Assembly (NCBI GenBank): GCA_029288725.1 | Contig: JARIGS010000015.1 | Span: forward strand, 3,518 to 67,517 | Reading direction: 5' to 3' | DNA length: 64,000 bases | Origin: Candidatus Nomurabacteria bacterium | Lineage (GTDB): Bacteria > Patescibacteriota > Minisyncoccia > Phycocordibacterales > UBA9973 | Shown here: in pieces, positions 54,575-63,458 of the stretch | Layout: every line of letters starts with the position of its first letter | Numbering within the stretch: position 1 is the stretch's first letter | Program-made: the position numbers and the translations under genes | The notes under the pieces: model-generated | What the model was told of the DNA's origin: nothing | What the model saw: only the letters and a program-made list of their open reading frames with translations | Databases searched by the model: none

Positions 54575-54609
54575 GTGTAAGAGGTACCAAGTCGCGGTAG
54601 GTCAGTGCA

Positions 54610-54876
54610 TTAATTGACCCTTGGTTCCTTTTTGGGTTTAATTTCAGGGAAAATGTAGAGCATTATTACAATGAGCAATATCACTGCCCAAATAATAAGA
54701 GGGGCAAAATATATCCACCCTGAATGGTAGGTCATATTGAATAGCCAATGCAACATACCCATGGTAAGTGCCCAGGCAATGCATGCTGCAATTAGTATGC
54801 CTATCAAAATTTCTTTTTCAGCGGTTAGCCACTTTTTTCTTTCTCCTTGTTTTTCTTTAGTTATCATTGCGAACAA
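54610..54876 (-). CDS. Hypothetical small membrane protein (88 aa, 2-3 TM)
   Basis: Hydrophobic ORF with terminator. Confidence 0.5.
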   Translation of the reverse strand: MFAMITKEKQGERKKWLTAEKEILIGILIAACIAWALTMGMLHWLFNMTYHSGWIYFAPLIIWAVILLIVIMLYIFPEIKPKKEPRVN

Positions 54877-54973
54877 TTTGTTTTTCCTTATATTGCCATA
54901 TATCCACTTATAGTCAATCTTTTGGTGGATTGCGGAAACGAGGCTTTTCTGCTATAGTAGACCTGTTTCACCT

Positions 54974-55192
54974 ATGGCCGCAACGCTACACAGTCTTCAA
55001 TTAATCACCGCAATCGCCCTTATCGTATTGGTGCTCCTCCAGCGCACAAGTCCAGATACTGGCAGCAACTTCGGTGACAGTATGTCATTCTTTCAAACTC
55101 GACGAGGCTTTGAACGCCTTTTGTTTGTGCTGACAATTATTGTGGCAGTAGTATTTGCTGCACTCTCTATTTGGGTCATCGCATTGGCATAA
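54974..55192 (+). CDS. secG: Preprotein translocase subunit SecG
   Basis: 72 aa, two TM helices, LIVLVLLQ...G..FG motif characteristic of SecG. Confidence 0.7.
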   Translation: MAATLHSLQLITAIALIVLVLLQRTSPDTGSNFGDSMSFFQTRRGFERLLFVLTIIVAVVFAALSIWVIALA

Positions 55193-55252
55193 GCCAACCG
55201 ATATTTCGATAGCATTACGGTGAGATCTCTGTAGCATTCTGCAGACTCGTCT

Positions 55253-56713
55253 ATGACATCCTTTTTCTCTTTTCTTACGACAAAAAAATTTCCTTCTCGC
55301 CAGACCATCCGCACCCTACTCAGCGGACCACTTACTGCGCTTAGCGTTACCGTCTATGCCCTCTTTTTCGCACTCTGTGGCACATTATTTGCATTAATTG
55401 TTATCGTTAACAACCATTTTCTTACCACCGTGCCAGCCCGTGGCGGCAACCTGGCCGAGGGTGTTATCGGCGCTCCGCACAGTATCAATCCTCTACTCGC
55501 TACCACTGCCACTGACCAGCGTCTTGTAGCATTGGTCTATGGTAGCCTGATGAAGACCGATGACAATGACAACATTGTTCCATCCCTTGCCACCGACTAC
55601 AGCGTTTCTCCTGATGGCACTACCTATACTGTCACTCTTGCACCAAAGTTGCATTTTGATGATGGCAAGCCCCTTACCAGTGAGGATGTTGTCTTCACCG
55701 TTCAGAAAATGCAGGACAATAGCATCAGTACTGCCAGCCAGTATTGGCAAAACATTACGGTGGAAAATCCTGACCCTACGACGGTAGTATTTACCCTCCC
55801 TGCTCCTGATACTTCATTTATCAATCACCTGACCTTTGGCATTTTGCCGGAACACATCTGGCACACTATTTCGGATGAAGATTTTGATACTGCTTCACAA
55901 AATCTTAAGCCAGTTGGAGCCGGAACGTTTAAGGTAACAGAGGTAACGTATAGTGATGGCATTCCGACAGACGTAGTACTGAAGCGCAACAAGTATGTGA
56001 CCGGTACCCCAGCACTGCTTCGAACACTGACAATCAAAAGTTTCGCCAATCAAACCGATCTCATGACTGCACTGAACGACGGAGATGTGGACTTCTCCTA
56101 CTCAATCAACGCTGATTCGTTTGACCAACAGACAGTGCGTCCTCGTCTGAAAGTACAGTCCGTATCAACCGACCAGACCGTCGCCCTCTACCATTCCTCA
56201 CAGGACAATGCCCTTTCCAACCCTGCCGTTATTGCCCAAATCGAGCAAATCATTGACAAAAATGCTATAATTGCTACAGTACAACACGGTTATGGCACTC
56301 CGGCAGGAGCGACTACACATCCTCAGAACGTTTCTCTTAAGAACGTTCCCTCTGGATTTTCAATAGCGGTTGAGAACGATCCCGCCCTACTGTCCGCAGC
56401 ACAGACATTCGCTGATCAGCTGCAGCACTACGGCATCACCGTTTCAATCAGAGCCTTTGATCCTGGAATATTCCAGCAATACCGCGATAATGGGACATTC
56501 TCACTATTCCTTGCTCGAAGCAACGATGAGCCAATCCCTTCCCGCTATAGTATTGCCATTCCTTTGTATACAGAATCCTTGCCGTACGTATTCACGCCAA
56601 CTACGCATACCATTATCGCCAACACGTTAGAGTCTCCCGCGACGGAGTACGACGATGTTCGAAACTGGTACACGCATACCGACAGATTATGGAAAATTTT
56701 TAATAACAAATAA
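55253..56713 (+). CDS. Solute-binding protein, family 5 (peptide/nickel ABC-type SBP), N-terminal TM anchor
   Basis: SBP_bac_5-like N-terminal region (GGNLAEGVIGAPHSINPLLATTATDQRLVALVYGSLMKTDDN...SPDGTTYTVTL). No adjacent permease/ATPase genes. Confidence 0.65.
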   Translation: MTSFFSFLTTKKFPSRQTIRTLLSGPLTALSVTVYALFFALCGTLFALIVIVNNHFLTTVPARGGNLAEGVIGAPHSINPLLATTATDQRLVALVYGSLMKTDDNDNIVPSLATDYSVSPDGTTYTVTLAPKLHFDDGKPLTSEDVVFTVQKMQDNSISTASQYWQNITVENPDPTTVVFTLPAPDTSFINHLTFGILPEHIWHTISDEDFDTASQNLKPVGAGTFKVTEVTYSDGIPTDVVLKRNKYVTGTPALLRTLTIKSFANQTDLMTALNDGDVDFSYSINADSFDQQTVRPRLKVQSVSTDQTVALYHSSQDNALSNPAVIAQIEQIIDKNAIIATVQHGYGTPAGATTHPQNVSLKNVPSGFSIAVENDPALLSAAQTFADQLQHYGITVSIRAFDPGIFQQYRDNGTFSLFLARSNDEPIPSRYSIAIPLYTESLPYVFTPTTHTIIANTLESPATEYDDVRNWYTHTDRLWKIFNNK

Positions 56714-56714
56714 T

Positions 56715-58664
56715 ATGGAACCAACAAAACAACCACAACAACCGAAAGAACTCTTCACCCGCCCTGCCCCTCGTACTTCGACAGGCTCAGGACAGGCAAA
56801 AACCAATGCCCACCCTCGCCCTGCAGGTAATGGTGGCAACACTGGCGCAAAGCCAAAGCGCTCATTCGGCAATCGCCGTCCGCATGACCGTCAGCGTCGT
56901 CCAGCATGGCCAAAAGCCGACATGCATGATGGCATGAAGGAAGTAGCGGAACGCAAGACCGCACACATCCCTGATCCAGAACCAGGCACTATCCGCATTA
57001 TCCCGCTTGGTGGCGTGGAAGAAATCGGCAAGAACATGACTGCCATTGAAATCGGTGACGATATCATCGTTATCGATGCCGGTATGTCATTTGCCACTGA
57101 AAATACCCCCGGTATTGACTATGTCATTCCGAACACACGATACCTCGAAGAGCGTAAGGATAAGATTCGGGCTCTGATCGTGACGCACGGACACCTTGAC
57201 CACATCGGCGGTGTACCAATCGTACTTTCTCGTATCGGCAATCCACCGGTGTATTCTCGCAATCTTACGGTGCTGATGATGCGCAAGCGTCAGAGCGAGT
57301 TTCCAAACCTTCCTCCATTGCAGGAAGTAATCGTGGAAAAGGATCAGGTAGTAACTCTTGGCAAACTGCGTGTCCGTTTCTGGGGTGTGACGCACACTAT
57401 TCCAGACTCAATGGGTATTATCATTGAAACACCGTACGGGAACATCATTAACCCGGGTGACTACAAACTCGACCAGATTGACGGCGTTGTTTCAGCGGCG
57501 GAAGAAAAGGAGTATCAGCAATTTGATACCTCAAACAACCTCCTCTTGATGACTGACTCAACCAACATTGAGAACGAGGGTTTTGCCCTGGCCGAAATTA
57601 AGGTCCATGAAGGCATTGAAAATATCTTGCGCCGAGAAAAGAACAATCGTATTTTCATGGCAGCATTTGCCTCACATATCACCCGTCTAATGCGTGTCAT
57701 TCAGATCGCTGAGGAACTTGGCAAGAAAGTTGTTCTTGAGGGCCGCTCAATGAAAACCAACATTGAAATCGCCATTCAGGCAGGATTACTGAAGCCAAAG
57801 AAGGACACTATTATTTCCGCTGATGAAATCGATAACTATCCTCCAGACCGTCTGCTTATCCTTATTACCGGCGCACAAGGTGAGGAATTTGGAGGCCTCA
57901 ACCGTTTGGCAACCAAGAGCAACAAGAAGCTCTCGCTGAAGAAGGGTGACCGTATCATTTTGTCCGCCTCAGTCATTCCTGGTAACGAACGAGCAATTGA
58001 AAAAATGAAGGATGGTCTTGCACGCCAAGGGGTCAAGATTATCAGTTACCGTACTCCGGGTGAAGAAGAAGTCCATGCAACTGGTCACGGCAACAAAGAG
58101 GATGTGAAGTGGCTGCACCGCAAGATTCATGAAAAATTCTTCATTCCTATTCACGGTAACCATTACCGCTTGGTACTTCACAAAGAACTAGCAATGGAGC
58201 TGGGCATGCCGGAAAATCACATTGTGGTACCGGACAACGGTTCAATTATTGAAATCACTGACAACGGAACGAAAATCGGCGTTCGCAAGGAAAAGGCTCC
58301 GTCTTCTCCAATGATGGTGGACGGCTTCTCAGTCGGCGATGAGCAGAATGTCGTCATCCGTGACCGTCAGATGCTCGCCGAAGACGGTATGTTCGTGGTC
58401 GTGGCATTACTTGATGCCCGCACTGGCATGCTGAAGAAATCTCCTGACATCATTTCTCGCGGCTTCGTCTATCTCAAGGAGTCGCAGGAACTGGTTCGTC
58501 ACGCTCGAGCGTTGATCAAGCGCACAATTGAACAGGAAACAAAGGGTCAGCAGCAGCCAAACATTGACCAGATCAAGAATATTGTCGCTGACATCGTCTC
58601 AAAATACCTCTTCCAACAGACTGCCAAGCGTCCGCTCGTCTTACCAGTTATCCTTTCCTCATAA
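56715..58664 (+). CDS. rnj: Ribonuclease J (beta-CASP metallo-beta-lactamase) with about 95-aa basic, proline-rich N-terminal extension
   Basis: MBL motif LIVTHGHLDHIGG, beta-CASP and C-terminal domain. Start at ATG 56715 immediately after upstream stop. Confidence 0.9.
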   Translation: MEPTKQPQQPKELFTRPAPRTSTGSGQAKTNAHPRPAGNGGNTGAKPKRSFGNRRPHDRQRRPAWPKADMHDGMKEVAERKTAHIPDPEPGTIRIIPLGGVEEIGKNMTAIEIGDDIIVIDAGMSFATENTPGIDYVIPNTRYLEERKDKIRALIVTHGHLDHIGGVPIVLSRIGNPPVYSRNLTVLMMRKRQSEFPNLPPLQEVIVEKDQVVTLGKLRVRFWGVTHTIPDSMGIIIETPYGNIINPGDYKLDQIDGVVSAAEEKEYQQFDTSNNLLLMTDSTNIENEGFALAEIKVHEGIENILRREKNNRIFMAAFASHITRLMRVIQIAEELGKKVVLEGRSMKTNIEIAIQAGLLKPKKDTIISADEIDNYPPDRLLILITGAQGEEFGGLNRLATKSNKKLSLKKGDRIILSASVIPGNERAIEKMKDGLARQGVKIISYRTPGEEEVHATGHGNKEDVKWLHRKIHEKFFIPIHGNHYRLVLHKELAMELGMPENHIVVPDNGSIIEITDNGTKIGVRKEKAPSSPMMVDGFSVGDEQNVVIRDRQMLAEDGMFVVVALLDARTGMLKKSPDIISRGFVYLKESQELVRHARALIKRTIEQETKGQQQPNIDQIKNIVADIVSKYLFQQTAKRPLVLPVILSS

Positions 58665-58666
58665 TC

Positions 58667-59821
58667 ATGCCCGACCGCAAAAAAGCGTTACGATCAGTGC
58701 TTCTTACCTCGTTTCTCTTTTTTGCTCATTTGTCGGTTGTCATGTACGTCAATGCAACAGTACTGTCCGCATTTGTCGGCACCGAACATACGACCCTGTT
58801 GTATGTTCTCGGAGCCACAGGTTCGGTGGTGCTGTTGTTTTTGCTTCCCCGCATAGTGCAAAAGATAGGGCTGGTTAGTACTAACGTTACCATCCTAGTA
58901 CTTTTGGCAGCAACATTGCTCATCCTTGGAACAACCAGCAATCCTGAGATGTTCATCAGCATCTTTGTCTTGTACACCGGACTGAGCGGAACAATCTGGT
59001 ACTGTAACGATCTCTTTGTCTCGCATTATGCCGACAGTAGGACTATGGGGCACACTCGTGGCAGTTACCTCACCGTGATTAACAGTGCCATTGCCTTGAT
59101 GCCGATCATCGCAGGAATACTGGTAGAGCGAAGCGGCTTCCATAGTATTTATATTGTAGCCGCTTCACTACTGTGTATTGCGGCCGGCATTATCGCCTAC
59201 AGCCAGCGTCATTTTGTCGATCGCTCATATACCGCTACCACTATTCCGGCAGCCTGGGAACGCATTCGCCATACTCCCTCATTGCGACGGGTTGCCAGTA
59301 TTAATTTCCTACTCCAATTCTTCTATGTCTGGATGACGATCTTCACCCCACTCTACCTTGCAACAGTGCTACATTTTAATTGGCAGCAGATCGGCCTTGC
59401 ATTTACCTGCATGCTTACTGCATTTGTCATCCTCCAATACCCTATCGGTCGCTGGGCGGATACGATTGGTGAAAAAAGATTGCTCGTCGTTGGGTTCAGC
59501 ATTGCCTCGATCAGTACGGCCCTATTTGCCCTTATGCATACCCATCGCATTATGCTGTATGCAGTGATACTGTTCGGTACCCGTATCGGTATCTGTATGG
59601 TGGAAGTGTTGGCAGAAACGTACTTTTTCAAGCAGGTCACTGATCGTGATGAGGGTATTGTCAGTGTCTATCGCATGATGTATCCCCTTTCATACATCAT
59701 CGCGCCATTGATTGGTTGGGGTATGATCATGCTCTATGGATATCAGGGACTTTTCCTTTCACTCGCCCTTTTGCTGCTCTTTGGTGCCTGGTACACCTTG
59801 CGTCTTGTCGACATTCGCTAG
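58667..59821 (+). CDS. MFS transporter
   Basis: 12 predicted TM helices, 384 aa. MFS-like loop 2-3 motif region. Confidence 0.7.
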   Translation: MPDRKKALRSVLLTSFLFFAHLSVVMYVNATVLSAFVGTEHTTLLYVLGATGSVVLLFLLPRIVQKIGLVSTNVTILVLLAATLLILGTTSNPEMFISIFVLYTGLSGTIWYCNDLFVSHYADSRTMGHTRGSYLTVINSAIALMPIIAGILVERSGFHSIYIVAASLLCIAAGIIAYSQRHFVDRSYTATTIPAAWERIRHTPSLRRVASINFLLQFFYVWMTIFTPLYLATVLHFNWQQIGLAFTCMLTAFVILQYPIGRWADTIGEKRLLVVGFSIASISTALFALMHTHRIMLYAVILFGTRIGICMVEVLAETYFFKQVTDRDEGIVSVYRMMYPLSYIIAPLIGWGMIMLYGYQGLFLSLALLLLFGAWYTLRLVDIR

Positions 59822-59833
59822 GCCACGTGACTA

Positions 59834-60649
59834 TTACTGTGACTGTGCGATGCTATAGCGTTTACCTCTCCTACTGACATACTGCTCACGCATCAATACT
59901 TCCAATGCACCCGTAATGCGCACTGTTTCAAATGAAAGCTGCTGCTCAAGCTGTTCCAGCGTAGCCGATTGCCTGGTCAGAATTTTCATGATGCCTCCGC
60001 GCACTTCGCGGACTGATCCCTTGAACGTACTCTGTTTTTTATACTGCTTACTGTTGCGATGAATGCGCACACCCTGTGATTTCAAAAATGACCCGTAATC
60101 CATCAGCGCCCAGTACCACTGTCGAGGGTGTTCCTGATCAAGTGTTGTCTCAATTAATGGCAACAACTCGGCGTCACTGACTGGTTCTGTAGCGTGTGGA
60201 AAAAAGTGATGCAAATATACTGTCCGGATATTTGTCTCGATCATTACGGTCGGCTGATTGTAGGCAAATGCGCTGATGGCTGCAGCCGTGTAGCGACCGA
60301 CGCCGGGTAAGGTCAGAAGCTCATCAAATGTTTTAGGAAACGTATCCTGAGCAACATGCATGGCCATCTGTTGCAGAAATCGGGCGCGACGATTGTATCC
60401 GAGACCACTCCACTGCAGGAGCACCTGCTGCAGCGATGCATCTGCCAATGCTTTCGCAGTAGGAAATGCCTTCAAAAATTCCCGATACTTTTCGATTACT
60501 CGCCCAACCTGGGTTTGCTGGAGCATGACCTCAGAGACGGCAATCTTGTACGGGTCAGTGGTTTTTCTCCAGGGCAAATCATGCCGACCAGATTTTTCAT
60601 AATATCCATAGACGATCTTGATAAAGGCCGCCTTTTGTCGCACGTTCAT
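59834..60649 (-). CDS. HhH-GPD DNA glycosylase, MutY/EndoIII-like, cysteine-free (no 4Fe-4S cluster)
   Basis: VSEVMLQQTQV (MutY catalytic Glu region) and helix-hairpin-helix LPGVGRYTAAAI. Protein contains no Cys at all. Confidence 0.75.
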   Translation of the reverse strand: MNVRQKAAFIKIVYGYYEKSGRHDLPWRKTTDPYKIAVSEVMLQQTQVGRVIEKYREFLKAFPTAKALADASLQQVLLQWSGLGYNRRARFLQQMAMHVAQDTFPKTFDELLTLPGVGRYTAAAISAFAYNQPTVMIETNIRTVYLHHFFPHATEPVSDAELLPLIETTLDQEHPRQWYWALMDYGSFLKSQGVRIHRNSKQYKKQSTFKGSVREVRGGIMKILTRQSATLEQLEQQLSFETVRITGALEVLMREQYVSRRGKRYSIAQSQ

Positions 60650-60798
60650 TAGAAAGGATTTTCTCCTCTGATGATTCTTACCAATATCAGAATGACCGCA
60701 ATGATCAATAGGATGTGGATATAGGCACCGAGCGCATACACGCCGATAAATCCAAGGAACCAGAGAATAAGTAACAAAATTGCGATATCAATTAACAT
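60649..60798 (-). CDS. Unannotated 49-aa membrane micro-protein, lmo0937-family-like
   Basis: Hand-translated MLIDIAILLLILWFLGFIGVYALGAYIHILLIIAVILILVRIIRGENPF. Matches the LLILWLLGFIG..HILLVIAI pattern of lmo0937-family proteins. 1-nt overlap with upstream gene. Confidence 0.55.
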   Translation of the reverse strand: MLIDIAILLLILWFLGFIGVYALGAYIHILLIIAVILILVRIIRGENPF

Positions 60799-60812
60799 AT
60801 AGTAACTCGTGA

Positions 60813-61277
60813 TTATTTAGACTTCTTAGCAGATTTTTTTGCCTTGCTTACTTTTGCGCGAACTGATGTTGAAGTACCTTTTACCTCCTTTTTTGCTGCA
60901 CTAACAACTTTCTTTGTTGCACTTTTTACTGCAGTAGCTTTGTGATGAGATTTTACGATTCCTGCCCACTGCTGTTTCAGCAATGCAGCGAACATGCGAA
61001 TTTCTGCTTCGCTAACCTTGCCAGCTTTAGCATATTTTGCCGCAACTGAGTCAACGATCTTTTCATAGGCAGCTTCGGTCATGTCTTTTGCATCTTCCAT
61101 TTTTTCAATCACTTCACCCTTCATTTTAACCATCCAGCCCTTGAGGCTGTTACGATTCTTTTTTCCCTCAGGACCAAAGAAGAAATATGATGCTGCAGCA
61201 AGTGCAATAACGCCTGCGCCAACAGCTACCACTGTTCCTGTCGATGACCCTTCATGCTTTTTTGTTTGTTTTGCCAT
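60813..61277 (-). CDS. YtxH-like membrane-anchored protein with Lys-rich C-terminus
   Basis: N-terminal TM then FFGPEGKKNRNSLKGW... resembling YtxH (FAPKSGKELREDL) architecture. Confidence 0.5.
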   Translation of the reverse strand: MAKQTKKHEGSSTGTVVAVGAGVIALAAASYFFFGPEGKKNRNSLKGWMVKMKGEVIEKMEDAKDMTEAAYEKIVDSVAAKYAKAGKVSEAEIRMFAALLKQQWAGIVKSHHKATAVKSATKKVVSAAKKEVKGTSTSVRAKVSKAKKSAKKSK

Positions 61278-61320
61278 ATTGTTTATTCTGCACTATTACT
61301 GGTATAGAATAATTATACCA

Positions 61321-61575
61321 CTATTCTATACTTTTGCGCTTGCGCTTCTTGCCAAACATCCAGGAAAAAAGTGCGCTTTCCCACAATCGCGCTACGAATT
61401 CTTTGGCTGTATCCCCAATGTTTTCAATATCTTTCTCAATCTTGAGACTGATATGCATAATACTTCGTAGCAATGCGATCAGATAGATCAGGCCAATAGC
61501 GACTAGAATGAAAATGATAATAAAGCCTATGGTTGCGACAAAGAAGAATATGTCGGCGTGTGGTATTGCATTCAT
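61321..61575 (-). CDS. DUF948-like small membrane protein
   Basis: N-terminal TM followed by KIEKDIENIGDTAKEF amphipathic region. 84 aa. Confidence 0.45.
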   Translation of the reverse strand: MNAIPHADIFFFVATIGFIIIFILVAIGLIYLIALLRSIMHISLKIEKDIENIGDTAKEFVARLWESALFSWMFGKKRKRKSIE

Positions 61576-61590
61576 AGATAAAGTATAACA

Positions 61591-61620
61591 AAAAGCCGCT
61601 TCAGAACGAAGCGGCTTTTA
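61591..61620 (-). terminator. Intrinsic terminator of gene 61636-62085
   Basis: Hairpin agccgcttc-agaa-cgaagcggct with T5 on minus strand. Confidence 0.7.
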
Positions 61621-61635
61621 TCGTGAAATACTACC

Positions 61636-62085
61636 TTACCGACCAGATGATCCTTGAGCTCCGGCAGGCGAAGCGGGGCGAATCTGCACTGACTGAGCCG
61701 TCACACTACCATCGCTATTTGTTGTACCGATGATCGTCACCATTGATCCTACCGCAACATCGTTAAGCGTACCCTGCGCTGACTTTGCCACGGTGGTATT
61801 GGGTGAGAGCAATACAATCTTTGATCCACCAGCCTGGTTCTGAATGGTCAGGCCATTGGCATCCTTGCTGAGCACGGTACCGCTGACAAATCCGCCATTC
61901 ATGCCACTAGGACCACGCATGCCCCCATTTGCACCAGCAAATCGTCCAGCACCAAACTGACCGTTTGCCATCATGTCATTGTTCACGCCCTTTGTCGCAG
62001 TATGTTTGCCACATGCCGTACCTCCAACGAATGCGAGTACAACGACTACCGCTGCAATAATAATGATTTTTGTTTTTTCTGTCAT
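61636..62085 (-). CDS. Hypothetical secreted/lipoprotein-like protein, Gly-rich
   Basis: N-terminal TM/signal with Cys (GGTACGK), G/N-rich low-complexity region. Upstream of MacB-type ABC genes. Confidence 0.45.
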   Translation of the reverse strand: MTEKTKIIIIAAVVVVLAFVGGTACGKHTATKGVNNDMMANGQFGAGRFAGANGGMRGPSGMNGGFVSGTVLSKDANGLTIQNQAGGSKIVLLSPNTTVAKSAQGTLNDVAVGSMVTIIGTTNSDGSVTAQSVQIRPASPAGAQGSSGR

Positions 62086-62237
62086 ATATAGCTGTATTTT
62101 TTAATATAATAAAAGTGCCACGCTCCTTCCCACAACATAGCAATAAGGATATGTTTTCCGAGGACTGTCTGAGCGTTTGAGCGAGTTCCGCAGGAGAATA
62201 TATTGATTATTGCTGCGAGTGAGATTTTTTCTAAGGA

Positions 62238-63458
62238 CTACTCGTAACGCAACGCCTCAATAGGATTTAGATTAGAAGCTCTACGTGCCGGGTAATAACC
62301 GAACACCACTCCGATAAATGCCGATACGCCGAATGCCAGCAAGACTGACGATACGGACACGCTGGTCTGAATGATGCCAAGCTTACTGACCACCAGCGAG
62401 ATCACCCATCCGAGGATCACGCCGATGACCCCACCGGTAAATGTCAGCATGATTGATTCAATAAGAAACTGAGTATTGATGTCGGATTTCTTCGCACCGA
62501 TGGCCTTGCGCAAGCCAATCTCACGGGTGCGCTCGGTCACGGTCGTAAGCATCATGTTCATGATGCCGATGCCACCAACGAGCAATGAGATACCGGCCAC
62601 AGCTGCAAGCAATATGGTGAATGTGCCCGTTACTGATGATGCCGTTGCAATGATGTCGGACTGGTTCAGGGTTGAGAAGTCCGCCTTGGTCGGATCGCTA
62701 ATATGATGCTGGGCAAGCAAGAGAGTGGTCACATCATTCTGGACTTGCGTCGTATCATCAGCAGTGGCTGCTGATACATCGATCTCGCTGAGATACTGGT
62801 TGCCCGTCAGATAATGCTGGGCGGTTGTGTAGGGCATGTAGATAGCATCATCAGCATTGCTAAAACCGGAGCCACCCTTGGATTTAGTCACACCAATAAT
62901 GGTATAGATGCCGTTATTGATACGAATTTGCTGTCCCACTGGCTCACTGCCGTCCAAGAAAAGATCGGTAACAACCGTTGGTCCCACTACTGCCACCTTA
63001 TTGCTCGAAGCCACATCCTCTTCGGTAAAGAAATTCCCGTCATCAACCTCAACGTTGCGAACGGTGGTATAGGAAGGCGTCGTACCGGTAATGCTGGTAT
63101 TGGTATTGGTGCCCTTGGCCACTACCTGTTCACGAGAAGTAACGTCGAAGGCAATGGAACCAATATTGGCAACCTGGGACTGAATGGCCTGTCCGTCAGC
63201 GACTGTCAGGGTCTGGGCACTGCCGCGGGCTTGCTGAGGACCGCCGAAGCTGCGCTGTGCACCAGGAGTGACAATGACCAGGTTGGAACCAATGGATTGA
63301 ATGCTTGCAGCAATAGAACTCTGTGCACCATTACCGATCGACACCATGGCAATAACGGAACTGATACCGATGATGATGCCAAGCATCGTCAAACCAGTAC
63401 GAACCTTGTTCGCAGACAATGCGCTGTATGTTTCGTGAAGTATGTCGTTAGTAGTCAT
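62238..63458 (-). CDS. ABC transporter permease, FtsX/MacB family
   Basis: N-terminal TM, large periplasmic domain, C-terminal 3 TM with LRKAIGA motif region. Confidence 0.85.
   Translation of the reverse strand: MTTNDILHETYSALSANKVRTGLTMLGIIIGISSVIAMVSIGNGAQSSIAASIQSIGSNLVIVTPGAQRSFGGPQQARGSAQTLTVADGQAIQSQVANIGSIAFDVTSREQVVAKGTNTNTSITGTTPSYTTVRNVEVDDGNFFTEEDVASSNKVAVVGPTVVTDLFLDGSEPVGQQIRINNGIYTIIGVTKSKGGSGFSNADDAIYMPYTTAQHYLTGNQYLSEIDVSAATADDTTQVQNDVTTLLLAQHHISDPTKADFSTLNQSDIIATASSVTGTFTILLAAVAGISLLVGGIGIMNMMLTTVTERTREIGLRKAIGAKKSDINTQFLIESIMLTFTGGVIGVILGWVISLVVSKLGIIQTSVSVSSVLLAFGVSAFIGVVFGYYPARRASNLNPIEALRYE

Noticed and set aside
54028-54600. Identification of the gap as RNase P RNA, tmRNA, SRP RNA or 6S RNA
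   Set aside because: Searched by eye for the RNase P P4 motif (AGGAAAGUCCGGGC, ACAGAAA...UACCGCC), tRNA-like tmRNA termini (GGGG... / ...UUCGAnUCC-ACCA) and SRP domain IV (GGAAGGAAGCAGC, GUGCCGG) on both strands; none was found. 6S cannot be excluded without folding, so it is left unclassified.
60649-60652. Treating the glycosylase ORF start at 60652 (track) as overlapping and excluding the micro-ORF
   Set aside because: The 49-aa lmo0937-like ORF has a clean ATG and family-like sequence. The 1-nt stop/start overlap is typical of operon coupling, so both were kept.
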